Source: Naegleria gruberi (taxonomy: Eukaryota). From it: 64,000 nucleotides of DNA. The stretch's first letter is position 1, and each line of letters begins with the position of its first letter. Where the stretch lies: assembly GCA_000004985.1 (NCBI GenBank), contig GG738899.1; one strand, given 5' to 3'. Below, piece after piece: positions 9,733 to 20,559 of the stretch. The notes beneath the pieces were generated by a model. The model saw only the letters and a program-made list of their open reading frames with translations. It did not search any database and was not told the DNA's origin. Made by a program: the position numbers and the translations under genes.

Positions 9733-11895
9733 TTACTTTTTACTTGAATTCAAAAATTCTGAATACCATGATCGATTTGGATAGGTTTTCATGTTTTCTC
9801 GAAGTGTTTTGAAGAGATGAAAGTCATCCTTATTCTCTACTCGATAGAGAGAATCCACAAATGCATCCACTGAATCGTAATTAGATACCTCGGGTTTGTC
9901 CTGTTTTTGTCTCAACTCCATTGCTTGACAGTGAGAATGCCACTCCTTCTCATAGAGAGGCAAATTCTTCTGAAGGGCTTCCCTTAATTCCTTTCCTCTC
10001 GATTTGGTCAATAATTTAAAATACAAATCACCTTGGAAGGGAAGTCTAAGATCTGCATAGGTGAGAGTGACAAGGCGTGTTGTCGTATCTGAGGTTTTGT
10101 AAAAGTAGTGAATGGTCAATCCATCAGCACTGATTGGTTCCTTTCCATCTGTTGTTCCATTCACTTCATTAGATACAGATGAATCACTATTCTCGTAGGT
10201 TTTATGATACATTATGAAGCAATCAAGCCCAGCATCATAAATCAAGCTACACAGATAATGGAACACTCTCTGACTGAATCCCAATCCAATTGTGAAAGGA
10301 ACATCTAATGTGGTAAAGGCAAGATGCGCTTCTTTTGAACACCTTGGGGAAATAGGTGGAGAACCCGATAAACAAGAGCAGGATTTTGAGTTTCTCAGAA
10401 TGGTTCTTGGTACTTCATCCTCTGGAACAGTACATTTGAACTGTGTAGTATCAAAGATTCGATTTGAAGAGTTTTCTTTCTGTGCAAGAGGTGATACTTG
10501 TTGGGAACCTGTTGTATCATTGCTCATACTAGTTCTGGTGCCTCTTGGTGATTGAGTTGTTTGGGGTGGATTCAATGCTGAACTTGTTGAACTTGTTGAA
10601 GATGATTGAGGGAATATTGAGGCAGTGGAAGAATTTCCTCCAGAATAGGTGATATTCTTGAAATCCACAACCCAAGGGTCCAACTTTTTACGGACCTCTT
10701 TACTGGACGCATAAATTGCCAGCACGTAATCTCTTGGGTAGGGTAATTGATAGACATACTTGATACACTTGAGTCCTTTCAAATTCTTTCCAATCATGAA
10801 ATTGGTCGAGGAAATGTAGCGAGCTGTTGACATTGGTTTCTCCTTCTCATAGACACAATTCCAATAGGGTGAGTCTTCAATGAGAGCAAAACTATTCGTA
10901 ATGTGATGATCTGACAATGTCTTGTGAATGAAATCCTCAGTCTTGAATCGACAATCTCTTCCCTTGGTTGTGTCCAATGCAATGGCTCTGGTAAATTCCT
11001 CTCCATTCTTTAAGAGAAAGTTTTTCAAAAAGTCACTCCTTGAATATCGTGGAAATTGGTCCAATTTCATGTCAGTGAGTACAGCCAAGTAGACAGTGCT
11101 GAATAGATTCTCAGGCGATAGTAACTCAACCATTGTAATGAAATGATAAGCCTCCTCTGGCCATTGATTGGCTTCATAGACATTTTGTAAAGTTTCCCAA
11201 TTATTTTTCACCTTCTTATTTATGATATTTGGTAAATTCAACCCACCAATAATATACTTCTCCATAATTACAGAAGCCAATGCATAACAAATCTTGATGG
11301 CATTCACATAGGGTTCTGCCACTGATGAGCTAGCAACGACCCCCGAAAAGATGTCATTCACAAAATTCAAACTACGCACAGATTTTGTATCCAATGTTTG
11401 TGGTGTATTGCCACCAGTTTTTCTCCTTCCAAATAGTGAAGTTCCAGTACTATTTCTTGGAGTACTTGTTGTTGAGGATGATGAGGTGGTAAAGGATGAA
11501 TTCGGTAACAATCGGTTGCCAAATCTGAGAAAGTAAGCATTCTTGTACTCTTCAAAATCTCTCAAAAAGTGAACAGTTTCATTACAGAGGGCAATATTGG
11601 TGAGATAGTCATAGAAATGATTTCTTGCAGCTTCCACTTCCATAACTTCAGTAAATTGGACAGCATACTTGGAAATATCAAAAGAACCAGAATTATTATT
11701 GGAAAATGCTGAACAATTATTAGAAAGATGTCCACCGTTAGGAGAGGTTTCATTCAATGAAGAAGAATTTGATGATGAACTTGCCGAGGAACTATTCGAA
11801 TTGTTAGAATTATTGAAGAGGAGTGGAAACAGAGAACGAGACGATCTCTTACTCGGTGTAGAAGGAGAATTGACCATCATGAAGGAGATGACCAA
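9733..11895 (-). CDS. RGS-like domain protein with internal START-like (lipid-binding) domain and long S/T/N-rich linkers. Paralogous to 53301-54779.
   Basis: Single 720-aa minus-strand ORF. N-terminal block VQFTEVMEVEAARNHFYDYLTNIALCNETVHFLRDFEEYKN fits the RGS pattern F..(F/Y)L..E.S.EN..F...E.YK. Central block ...YWNCVYEKEKP...YQLPYPRDYVLAIYASS...WVVDFKN resembles START-domain signatures (W.VV.E...; s.RDFV...). Extensive poly-S/T/N low complexity. Confidence 0.5.
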   Translation of the reverse strand: MVISFMMVNSPSTPSKRSSRSLFPLLFNNSNNSNSSSASSSSNSSSLNETSPNGGHLSNNCSAFSNNNSGSFDISKYAVQFTEVMEVEAARNHFYDYLTNIALCNETVHFLRDFEEYKNAYFLRFGNRLLPNSSFTTSSSSTTSTPRNSTGTSLFGRRKTGGNTPQTLDTKSVRSLNFVNDIFSGVVASSSVAEPYVNAIKICYALASVIMEKYIIGGLNLPNIINKKVKNNWETLQNVYEANQWPEEAYHFITMVELLSPENLFSTVYLAVLTDMKLDQFPRYSRSDFLKNFLLKNGEEFTRAIALDTTKGRDCRFKTEDFIHKTLSDHHITNSFALIEDSPYWNCVYEKEKPMSTARYISSTNFMIGKNLKGLKCIKYVYQLPYPRDYVLAIYASSKEVRKKLDPWVVDFKNITYSGGNSSTASIFPQSSSTSSTSSALNPPQTTQSPRGTRTSMSNDTTGSQQVSPLAQKENSSNRIFDTTQFKCTVPEDEVPRTILRNSKSCSCLSGSPPISPRCSKEAHLAFTTLDVPFTIGLGFSQRVFHYLCSLIYDAGLDCFIMYHKTYENSDSSVSNEVNGTTDGKEPISADGLTIHYFYKTSDTTTRLVTLTYADLRLPFQGDLYFKLLTKSRGKELREALQKNLPLYEKEWHSHCQAMELRQKQDKPEVSNYDSVDAFVDSLYRVENKDDFHLFKTLRENMKTYPNRSWYSEFLNSSKK

Positions 11896-12209
11896 TTTTC
11901 AAAATGTATTTTGTTTTACTTGTTTTTTTACCTTTTTGAGGAGAATTTGAAAGGTGACTAGTCTCTCAGGTATGGTTAATTTATGAAGGTTGATGAAGGA
12001 GATGAAAAATCCTGAAACCAAGTACGAACCAGGTCCAGCACCACCTGTTGATATCTCATTGGAATTAATCGGGCAACTTGAGAATGAATTAAGGTACTTT
12101 CGAAAATGTTACAAAAAAAAACTGTAAAACAAGTTGGACAGAGATTGTAACCGGATAACCATGATAAGAACCTTGCTTCCTCATTTTATTCTTTATTCGA
12201 ATCCTGAAA

Positions 12210-13209
12210 CTAGTCTTCAGCAATTTGTTCAAAGTAAATTCCATCTCCTCGTCTAGTAATCATTAAGAAATACATTGACCAAAATGTGCCAATACCACTC
12301 CCATAATATTCTGCAATAATTGGACATTCTCTCTCAAGATACAATCTCAATCCATTCAAATCTTCAGAAATTCCATCACTCTCTCCACCAATCATGGTTT
12401 TCATCAATTCAATTAATTCCAAATCACGATCTGCTTTATCTTGTTCATAAGTTTTGTCATCCTCAGACCAATGTCCTGATTCTAATACTTTCTCTGTATT
12501 GATTCGATATGTTTCAATGAAATATGTAGAGTTGGAAATCCTTTCTTCCATGTATTGAAAATAAGGACTATTCCAATAAATTTTAAAAAATGATTTCATG
12601 AACTTGAAGAATTGATTTCTAATTTGCTCATCATGACTGATCATTCTTTTCAATATTACCAATCCAAAAGTGGAATTCATTTTGAATTTTCTTATGGATC
12701 CTTCAGAACCATAATTAATTCCGCCTAATCCTTCAAATTCAACTTTGTAAACTTTGGAAAGGTCATTTGGCAAGTAATTTGGTGAAATTAATCTCCTCAT
12801 GTCTATCAATTGTCAATTCCGTTGCAGAATTGTCATTAGGGGAAATGATAATAGAATTTCTATTGGCCAACAACTTCCAAATATTAGGAGAAGTGTCGGT
12901 GGTGTTGATTTTCCAATGTAATAATTGATGCCATTCCTTGCAAACAAGAGATGCAGCATAAAGAGTATGGAGTTGCCATTCATCATTAAAACCTTCCAAG
13001 AGTGTTGTCAAAATCTCAAGCCACAAGTCTCTGCTCAGTAATTGCATTTTGTTTTTACAAAACATGTGAACAAACTTCACCACAGAAGTTCCTACAGTAA
13101 ACCGCATATTGTTACCGTTAAAAAATTCAAAAAAAAAACCAACACTTCTTTGCATGTGTTCACCATCTTGATAGGTTTTGTTTTGGAGGTTAGTGGTTTT
13201 TGGCATCAA
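12210..13209 (-). CDS. F-box domain protein. Two adjacent minus-strand ORFs in different frames (12763-13209 with the F-box, 12210-12809 C-terminal domain) that probably belong to one gene; junction unresolved (undetected intron, assembly frameshift or pseudogene).
   Basis: F-box-like motif DLWLEILTTLLEGFNDEWQLHTLYAASLVCKEWHQLL in ORF 12763-13209. ORF 12210-12809 starts 46 nt before the first ORF's stop, in a different frame. No canonical GT...AG pair was found that joins the frames. Confidence 0.35.
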
Positions 13210-13664
13210 CTACTTCACCAGAATTAGCACTTCCTTCAATCCGTGTAGTGAAATAATAATATCATATTACTATCATCTACAAGAGGTTAAGATGTAGAGT
13301 AAGAAAATTTATCAATATTCTGTATTGACCAATTCCTCAACAACAATAAACCTCCACTACTGAATCAACACCAACATGTTCTTCAGCCTTCATTAATCCA
13401 AGTTCCATGTCATCCTCGATAAGCCACTCCTCCAAAGGAATGAAAGCCATCAATTTTCATCACAGAATCGCAAAAAAACACAACCAAATCCTCCCCAAAC
13501 TACAAAGATCAAAGGCTTTGTTTTTAATTTAGCCTGGCAAAATATAGAGTAAAACACAATTTTGGCGTTTTTGTGTTCAGTCAATTATTGATTTTTGTTG
13601 TATTTTGAATCATTGACAATCGTAATAGTTACATAATTATTTAAAATTTATATATATTTAAAGA

Positions 13665-16139
13665 ATGTTAACTTCTAGTTCGAATAATAACAATACTACC
13701 TCTAGTACGAATGGTAGTACTAATAATAATTCATCATCATCAATAACGTCATCAGCAAGTACATCTATTTCTAATACAACAACGACATCTTCAATAATAA
13801 CTTCAAATAATAATAACAACAATGGAAGTACAACAACTGGTGGTAATAACGTTGGATCATCATCATTAGGAACTTTGAATAGTAGTTCTAATAATGCAAA
13901 TAACAATAATAATAATGGAGGATCATTGTTGACAACACCTACAATTGCAACTCCTGGTATGAATAACAATTTAATGTTGAATTCTGGAGGAGTTTCATTG
14001 TTAAGTATGGCTCAATCTCCACCTTCGAATAATTCTATTCTAAACTCTGGACTTCATTCGTCAAGTTTGTATGGCATTCAGAAAAATGCAACTGAAAACG
14101 TTCCTACTAATAGTACAGTAACAACAAGAGATGAAAATTCAGTGTATGGAAACTATTCGAAAATTGTTGAAAAATCAGAAACCTTTAGAACAGTGACATA
14201 TGCAAACGTTTCACGTTTGGCAACAGATTTTGGATTTTTAATTGATAACGAGGAGTTGAGTGACGTACAACTAAGAATTGGAAGTGGGAAGAATCAAAGA
14301 ACATTCCATTGTCATAAGGTTATATTATGTCAGAGATCTGAATATTTCAGAAATATGTTCCTTGTGAGTAGGGGAATGTTTTTAGAATCTGGAACACCTC
14401 TTTCAACAGGTACAAGTTTACCATTCTCTGGTAATTCAGAGGTGTTGACTAATTCGTTCGGCACTAGAATTTCAATTGTAGAAAAACCAAATATTACACC
14501 TATTGTTTTTGAAAAGGTATTACAATATATTTATACTGGAAGAGTTACGTTTACCACACAACTCAAACATAAGAAAATCAAGGATAAAACAGTGCATGTC
14601 ACTCACATGATTAGCACAGATGATATTGATAATGTCATTTCAATGTGTATGCATGTATTGGCAGCTGCTGATGAATTGATTTTGTTGGAACTCAAGAATT
14701 TCTGTGTTGACTATGTAAAGCAATACATTGATTCGGAGTCGGCCATTGTTCTATTGGACTTGGCATCAAAGTATGGTTCTGAGGATTTAATTGAAAATTG
14801 CTTTGACTTTATCAAGCATAATGCTAGAGAAGTGATTGCAAGTGAATCGTTACCTTTTGTATCCAAGCTCACTATGAAGACTTTCCTTGAGAGTGAATAT
14901 CTCGCTGTGGATGAAATTGAACTGTTTCGTGCCTTGTTGAGATGGGGTTTGTCACAAATTGAACACTGTCAAGATGAAGATGCTGTAGAGACCTACATTG
15001 CCAATGCAGATGATGAGGAACTTTCTGATGAAGAAGAGGAAATTGCTCTCGGCAGCAATGGTCTATCACCAGAGGATATTTCACACATTAAGGAGATACT
15101 ATCACAACCTCCAGAAGAGGAAGAGTTAATCTTCCGTAAAAAGCATATAGCCATGTTCAGAAAGAAACAATTACTGAATGATTACGAGAGCCCAAATGAT
15201 GGAGATGACACTGAGACAATTCCATTTGCTGTTGTCAAAAATCCACTGAGGGATGACATTAGTTTGCACACAAGACTCTCATTAGATCCTGTACCTCAAA
15301 ATAGACATCATACCGATTTGATTCAACTTGCAAATAGATTGAGGGATGAGGATAAACAACTATTAAGAGATGCTTGCATGGATTTAATTTCTTGCATTCG
15401 TTTCCCTCTCATGACAGCTCATCAATTGACAGATGTTGTGGAAATATTTAATATTGTGGAGGATTCACTATTGTTGGAAGCTTACAGGCATGTATGTGCA
15501 CCAGATAGAACACCACTTGTGAATTGCAAAAGAGCCCAGAAGAGAAAGGGAGCCACTGAAGGAGAGAATACTCACTTTGGAATTTCCACCATTTTGAAGA
15601 GTAAAAACAGGCAGGAACTTATCAAAATGGCTGGAGAAACCTCTATTACAAAAGGAAAAATTTGGACCTTGGCTTTCAAAGCTACAAAGGATGGATTTGA
15701 CAGTAATGTATTCCACAAAATGTGTGACCAGAAGGGACCCTCCATTCTTGTTTGCAGAACTACTGAGGGTTACATATTCGGTGGATACAATTCAGTGGAG
15801 TGGAATTCAAGTAATCAATGGCTTAAGGCAAATGATACTTTCCTCTTTAGTTTGATCAATCCATACAATGATGGTCCAAGAAAACTCAAAGTTAAGAATA
15901 CACAGAGAGCTGTCTATTGTCATGCAAGTTCAGGTCCATCATTTGGTGGAGGTACAAATCTCGTATTCGATCCCTATGATTTATATCTCGATTCCACCCT
16001 TAAACGAGGCCATACCAATGTTGGAGGTGCTTATTCAACATTCAGAGGAGGATTCAGAAGTGATGAAGCTCAAAAGAGTTTAGCAGGAAGCTTGAATGCA
16101 TGGATTTTAAACGAAGTTGAAGTTTATCTTCTCCAATAA
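13665..16139 (+). CDS. BTB/POZ-BACK-TLDc domain protein with N-terminal poly-N/S/T region.
   Basis: Single 824-aa ORF. BTB core DVQLRIGSGKNQRTFHCHKVILCQRSEYFRNMF...FEKVLQYIYTGRV. Acidic stretch DDEELSDEEEE. C-terminal TLDc-like block GKIWTLAFKATKDGFDSNVFHKMCDQKGPSILVCRTTEGYIFGGYNSVEWNSSNQWLKANDTFLFSL...GGGTNLVFD. Confidence 0.7.
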   Translation: MLTSSSNNNNTTSSTNGSTNNNSSSSITSSASTSISNTTTTSSIITSNNNNNNGSTTTGGNNVGSSSLGTLNSSSNNANNNNNNGGSLLTTPTIATPGMNNNLMLNSGGVSLLSMAQSPPSNNSILNSGLHSSSLYGIQKNATENVPTNSTVTTRDENSVYGNYSKIVEKSETFRTVTYANVSRLATDFGFLIDNEELSDVQLRIGSGKNQRTFHCHKVILCQRSEYFRNMFLVSRGMFLESGTPLSTGTSLPFSGNSEVLTNSFGTRISIVEKPNITPIVFEKVLQYIYTGRVTFTTQLKHKKIKDKTVHVTHMISTDDIDNVISMCMHVLAAADELILLELKNFCVDYVKQYIDSESAIVLLDLASKYGSEDLIENCFDFIKHNAREVIASESLPFVSKLTMKTFLESEYLAVDEIELFRALLRWGLSQIEHCQDEDAVETYIANADDEELSDEEEEIALGSNGLSPEDISHIKEILSQPPEEEELIFRKKHIAMFRKKQLLNDYESPNDGDDTETIPFAVVKNPLRDDISLHTRLSLDPVPQNRHHTDLIQLANRLRDEDKQLLRDACMDLISCIRFPLMTAHQLTDVVEIFNIVEDSLLLEAYRHVCAPDRTPLVNCKRAQKRKGATEGENTHFGISTILKSKNRQELIKMAGETSITKGKIWTLAFKATKDGFDSNVFHKMCDQKGPSILVCRTTEGYIFGGYNSVEWNSSNQWLKANDTFLFSLINPYNDGPRKLKVKNTQRAVYCHASSGPSFGGGTNLVFDPYDLYLDSTLKRGHTNVGGAYSTFRGGFRSDEAQKSLAGSLNAWILNEVEVYLLQ

Positions 16140-16285
16140 ACTTCACAATCACCACAAGTTCATTTTAATGTTTTACGTAAAACAAGTGGACTCGTCATCT
16201 GGTTATATTCTCCGATTTTCTTCCTGTCCCTCATATCCATAGAAGAGTTCGGAAATTTCTTTGCACAAGAAACACAAAGAAAAAA

Positions 16286-18016
16286 ATGTCTGCAGGATCT
16301 TCATCGTTATTGGGACAACAGTTACCACGTAAACGTGTTTGTATTGTAGGTGCTGGGTGTAGTGGTTTGTGTGCCATTAAAGAATTGGCAGCATCCAATG
16401 ATCAAGTTTATGAAAATCAAGAATTTGCCATCAAATATCAAATTCCACTCTTTGATATTGCTTGCTATGAGGCTTCTAATGATATTGGAGGATTGTGGAG
16501 GTATTCAGAGAAGGAAACTGATTTCTCATCGGTTTATAAATCAACAGTGATCAATACAAGTAAGGAGTTGATGAGTTATTCGGATTTTCCAATTCCTGAT
16601 GAATTTCCAACTTTTCTTCCTCATGAAAAGGTTGTAGAATATTTGAAATTATATGCTGCCAAGTTTGAATTGGAACAATATATTGAATTTAATACTCGTG
16701 TGGAGAATATTGATCTTGTCAATTCTGGATCAACTGACAAGTATAAGGTTATTATTAGAAAGGGTGATCAGTTGAGTGAAGAAACTTTTGATCATATTAT
16801 GGTTTGTACGGGACATCACTCAACACCAAATATTGCAACATTTGAGGGATTGAAGGAAAATTTCAAAGGAAATGTCATTCACTCACATTCTTATAAGAAT
16901 CCATTCGATTCTGACATGTTCATGAATAAGAATGTGCTTGTAGTTGGAATTGGTAACAGTGGTGGTGATATTGCTGCAGAATTGGCTAAAAATGTGGCCA
17001 AACAAGTGATCTTATCAACCAGAAGAGGATCCTGGATTATACCAAGAGAACTACTTGGTGATCCACTTGATCATGTTCCAAGATTTGCATGGATGTTACC
17101 ACGTAGAGTTATTCAATATGCCAACGAGTTCTTATTAACTCTTGTGAATGGAGATTTGAAAAAATTCTCTAAATACTTGGCTCCTCGTCATCGATTCTTT
17201 GGTAGCCACCCAACTGTAAATAGTGAACTCATTTCCAAGATTAATAATGGTGTAGTTCGTGTAGTTCCAAATATTGTGAGATTTTCCAGAGATGGCCACA
17301 CTTGTAGATTTGAAAATGATGAAAATGCTTCGAATATTGATACAGTAGTTATTTGTACAGGATATAGAATTTCATTCCCATTCTTTAAGGATGGTTTCTT
17401 TGAGGATTGTTTCGATGAGAATAACAAGGTTTCACTATACAAGTACGTTTTTCATCCAAAACATGGAACTGGTATTGCATTCATTGGACTCATTCAACCA
17501 TTTGGTGCCATCATTCCAATATCTGAATTACAATCAAGAGTTGCTGTGAGAATGTTCAGAGGAGATTACAAACTTCCATCCGAATCCGAAATGAAACAAG
17601 ATGTCGAACAAAAACGTGAAGCAATGGCCTCGAGATATACTGAATCAAAGAGACACACTGTTCAAGTTGACTATCCACATTACACAGACGAATTGGCCGA
17701 CATTATTGGTGTGAAACCTCAATTTACAAAACATTTAATCAAAGACCCTCAATTAGGATCCTTACTTTTATCATCACCTGCCTATCCATGTACATACAGA
17801 ATTGAGAAGGAGACGAGTTTAATTACAAGTGAAAGTCATCAAAAGAAGGAACGAGAACAGGCCATCAATCTCATCAAACACTATAGAAAGCAAACGAGTA
17901 AGGATGAAACAAGTACTTTTGGAAAGATTTTGGCAATTATCAAGGCAGTTTTCTTCCTCTTATTCTTATTTGTGAAGGTAATCTTGTCTAAATTCATAGA
18001 TTGGGAGAAGGTGTAA
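16286..18016 (+). CDS. Flavin-containing monooxygenase (FMO), with C-terminal hydrophobic membrane anchor.
   Basis: FAD-binding VCIVGAGCSGL. FMO-identifying motif FKGNVIHSHSYKN (FxGxxxHxxxY). NADPH-binding VLVVGIGNSGGDIAAEL. C-terminal transmembrane segment ILAIIKAVFFLLFLFVKVIL. Single uninterrupted ORF. Confidence 0.85.
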   Translation: MSAGSSSLLGQQLPRKRVCIVGAGCSGLCAIKELAASNDQVYENQEFAIKYQIPLFDIACYEASNDIGGLWRYSEKETDFSSVYKSTVINTSKELMSYSDFPIPDEFPTFLPHEKVVEYLKLYAAKFELEQYIEFNTRVENIDLVNSGSTDKYKVIIRKGDQLSEETFDHIMVCTGHHSTPNIATFEGLKENFKGNVIHSHSYKNPFDSDMFMNKNVLVVGIGNSGGDIAAELAKNVAKQVILSTRRGSWIIPRELLGDPLDHVPRFAWMLPRRVIQYANEFLLTLVNGDLKKFSKYLAPRHRFFGSHPTVNSELISKINNGVVRVVPNIVRFSRDGHTCRFENDENASNIDTVVICTGYRISFPFFKDGFFEDCFDENNKVSLYKYVFHPKHGTGIAFIGLIQPFGAIIPISELQSRVAVRMFRGDYKLPSESEMKQDVEQKREAMASRYTESKRHTVQVDYPHYTDELADIIGVKPQFTKHLIKDPQLGSLLLSSPAYPCTYRIEKETSLITSESHQKKEREQAINLIKHYRKQTSKDETSTFGKILAIIKAVFFLLFLFVKVILSKFIDWEKV

Positions 18017-18116
18017 ACTGGTCTGGTCGAGTTTCGTCTTGGCAATTCTCTGTCCAATTATTAATAAAACAATAAATTATTAAAACGAAATGGCCATAAT
18101 CATTTGGAAAATTCGT

Positions 18117-18635
18117 CTATCCAGCCATTGCTGAAGATACATTGCTAAGGGTAATGATGGGCAAAGCTACGGCCACAATGGACATCAAAACGAGTAGTAA
18201 TATGGTAAGGAAGAAAAGAGCTAGACTAATCCTAGCACAGATTCTTGCTCTAAGGTTTTGTGAGTTTCGAAACTGAAAAATTGAAAACATTCGAATGTGA
18301 AATTGTGAAATAATTTAACATACCATGACATAGTTGGCGATCCAAACGACCAGAAAGAAGAAACCGATAATTAACAAGACGATTGCAGTGGAAGCTTCTT
18401 CACTGATTAATTCATCATCTACAAGCCATCGCAAATCTCCTTGTTGGTAGTAGAAATCTTCCGAAACTTTATCTTTCGAATAATTATTTTCATCAATTGG
18501 TGATTTATGATTTTGTTTAATTCTTGAATTATCATCGTAAAGACAAGACGCTGATGAAGACAATGATGAAGCAATATATTCTTGTTTACCCATTCCGCAA
18601 GGTTTCCAATCTTTTTTTCTGTGTTTCCATTCCAT
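18117..18635 (-). CDS. Small putative two-pass membrane protein (speculative two-exon model: 18635-~18318 and ~18267-18117).
   Basis: ORF 18315-18635(-) ends ...AIVLLIIGFFFLVVWIANYVM followed by GTATGT. A downstream TTTTCAG acceptor opens a frame encoding a second hydrophobic helix ISLALFFLTILLLVLMSIVAVALPIIT, then a stop. No recognisable family. Confidence 0.3.
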
Positions 18636-20559
18636 TCAATGTTTCTTTAATGTATCTTATTTTACTTTTCTCAACATTTCAGTGTTACTTTTCCGAATCA
18701 TGAAATGTTAAAAAAGGAAAGCAAGGTGCCTCGTGATTTTTGCCTACTAATCATGAAAAGGTTTCGTTTAGTTTACAATAAATAATGGGTGGACAAGGTA
18801 TTGAAATGGGTGTTTCTCTAATGTTTCGTGATAGTATCCTTTCAGACTTTTCATTCTTCGCACATAATTTATGATCAAAACGGACATTAGTTGAAACATG
18901 TTAAGAAAGATTTTTCTGTCCACTCTCCTAATACCCAAAAAGTTGCAAGAGCAAGATCAAGGGTAAAACTGCATAATCACTGTGGAAATTACAACAAATA
19001 ATGTTTTGTGTAATCGTATCATGACTGTCTCCAACCTTAGAAATTCTATTATTGAAATCCAATTTTATCAACTAAGTTGGGCCAAATAGCTAATGACTAC
19101 AACCGCATAATTACACTCTCTTTTTGGAGAAACTCTCTCTTGTCCTAATACCAGCAAAGACTCCTCCACTTTAATCTCCACCACAACTTTACTAAGTTAA
19201 CGACATTATTTGTGACCTCCTGATATCTCGGATTCCTCTTAGCTTAGGATAGAATTTGATGGTGATGATGATAATTGTTTTCTTTCTCCATCGTTGCACT
19301 GGTAATGACTGGCTTAACAAGTCAAAGCCCAATAACATGGCCGTAGAAATTTACAAACAAGAATTCAACTGTCCCAATGCAAGGTTCACTATTACCTGGA
19401 ATACCTCTCTTCCTACCAGAGGAAGACGCAAGACTTAACATCAACTCTCAAACACAGAGTCTAAACTTAATGATTGAAGGCCTCATCTCTCAGGTCTAAA
19501 CGATTCAAGAGACGTTAACAATCAATTTTGAATTTTCTGTAATTTTTACTGTAAAACACAATGAATAAATAAAGAACTTTTAATACACTACTTGTAACAG
19601 TTCAACATAATGGAAACAGGTCAGTTAATCAATTATCATAAACATATATGGACCATTGATCAATTTGGCTGTAAATCACAATAATGAGGAAAACACTCAT
19701 CTGCACTTTGTAAAGTCCGAGTTGAAAGAAAGGATGAAGATATGATATTGCTATGAAAAGTTCCCGCTCAAATGTTCAGTTTTTAATTTTAAAAAATATC
19801 ATCACAACTAACCGCCATCATGATTCACTCTCATCCATTCCTTGGTGCAAGGGGAACATTGTTAAAAAGACACACAACAATGCAACAACAGCTGCATGAC
19901 GATTTTTCAGCTCGGAATAACAATGTCGTCATCCTCGGCCAAACCAAGGGATGTAATTATTGTTGGACAAATAGGATTCGTTGCATCACCTTCTAGCCTG
20001 GCACGAAATTAACAATCGAAGAAAATCATTACTTTTGAAGAGTGGGGAACCAATAGTAAGAGAAATGCAAAACCGTTAGTTAGATAACATGTTAGTTGAC
20101 AATCGGATTCAAATCATTCTTTTAAAGTTAAATTTTCGCATCAATGCGATGGTGAAGGACCCCAATCAAGAATAGCCTTCTCAAACAAGACATTTCAGTT
20201 GAATACTTCCTTTTATTACAACGGACTATAATTGAGTGTTCGTAATGAATAGAAAGGAAAGATACCACATTCTCGATATTACTCTCTAAAAGACCAGGTC
20301 ACCTTGTCTTTCTTCATGCAACGCACATTTCATTGAGTTTAATTTTTGGACCGAGTAAGGGTGAAAGGCACATCTTGGAACGTTAAGCTCGTCAGCATTT
20401 CATTCGGTTAGGTGTTTAATAGCGCGATAATTGTGTCTTACTATTTGAATTGGTGCTGCTGCATATTTTTCGATTTCAATCGTCGACAGACTTTCTCTTC
20501 CTCACATTAATAGCACAACACGAAAAAAAGACTCAGTTCAGTATTACGTCTGCACTCCA

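Noticed and set aside
13658-13969. Minus-strand ORF (103 aa, L/V/D-rich) opposite the start of the BTB-TLDc gene.
   Set aside because: It is the antisense translation of the AAT/TCA/ACA-rich poly-N/S/T coding tract, with no independent support.
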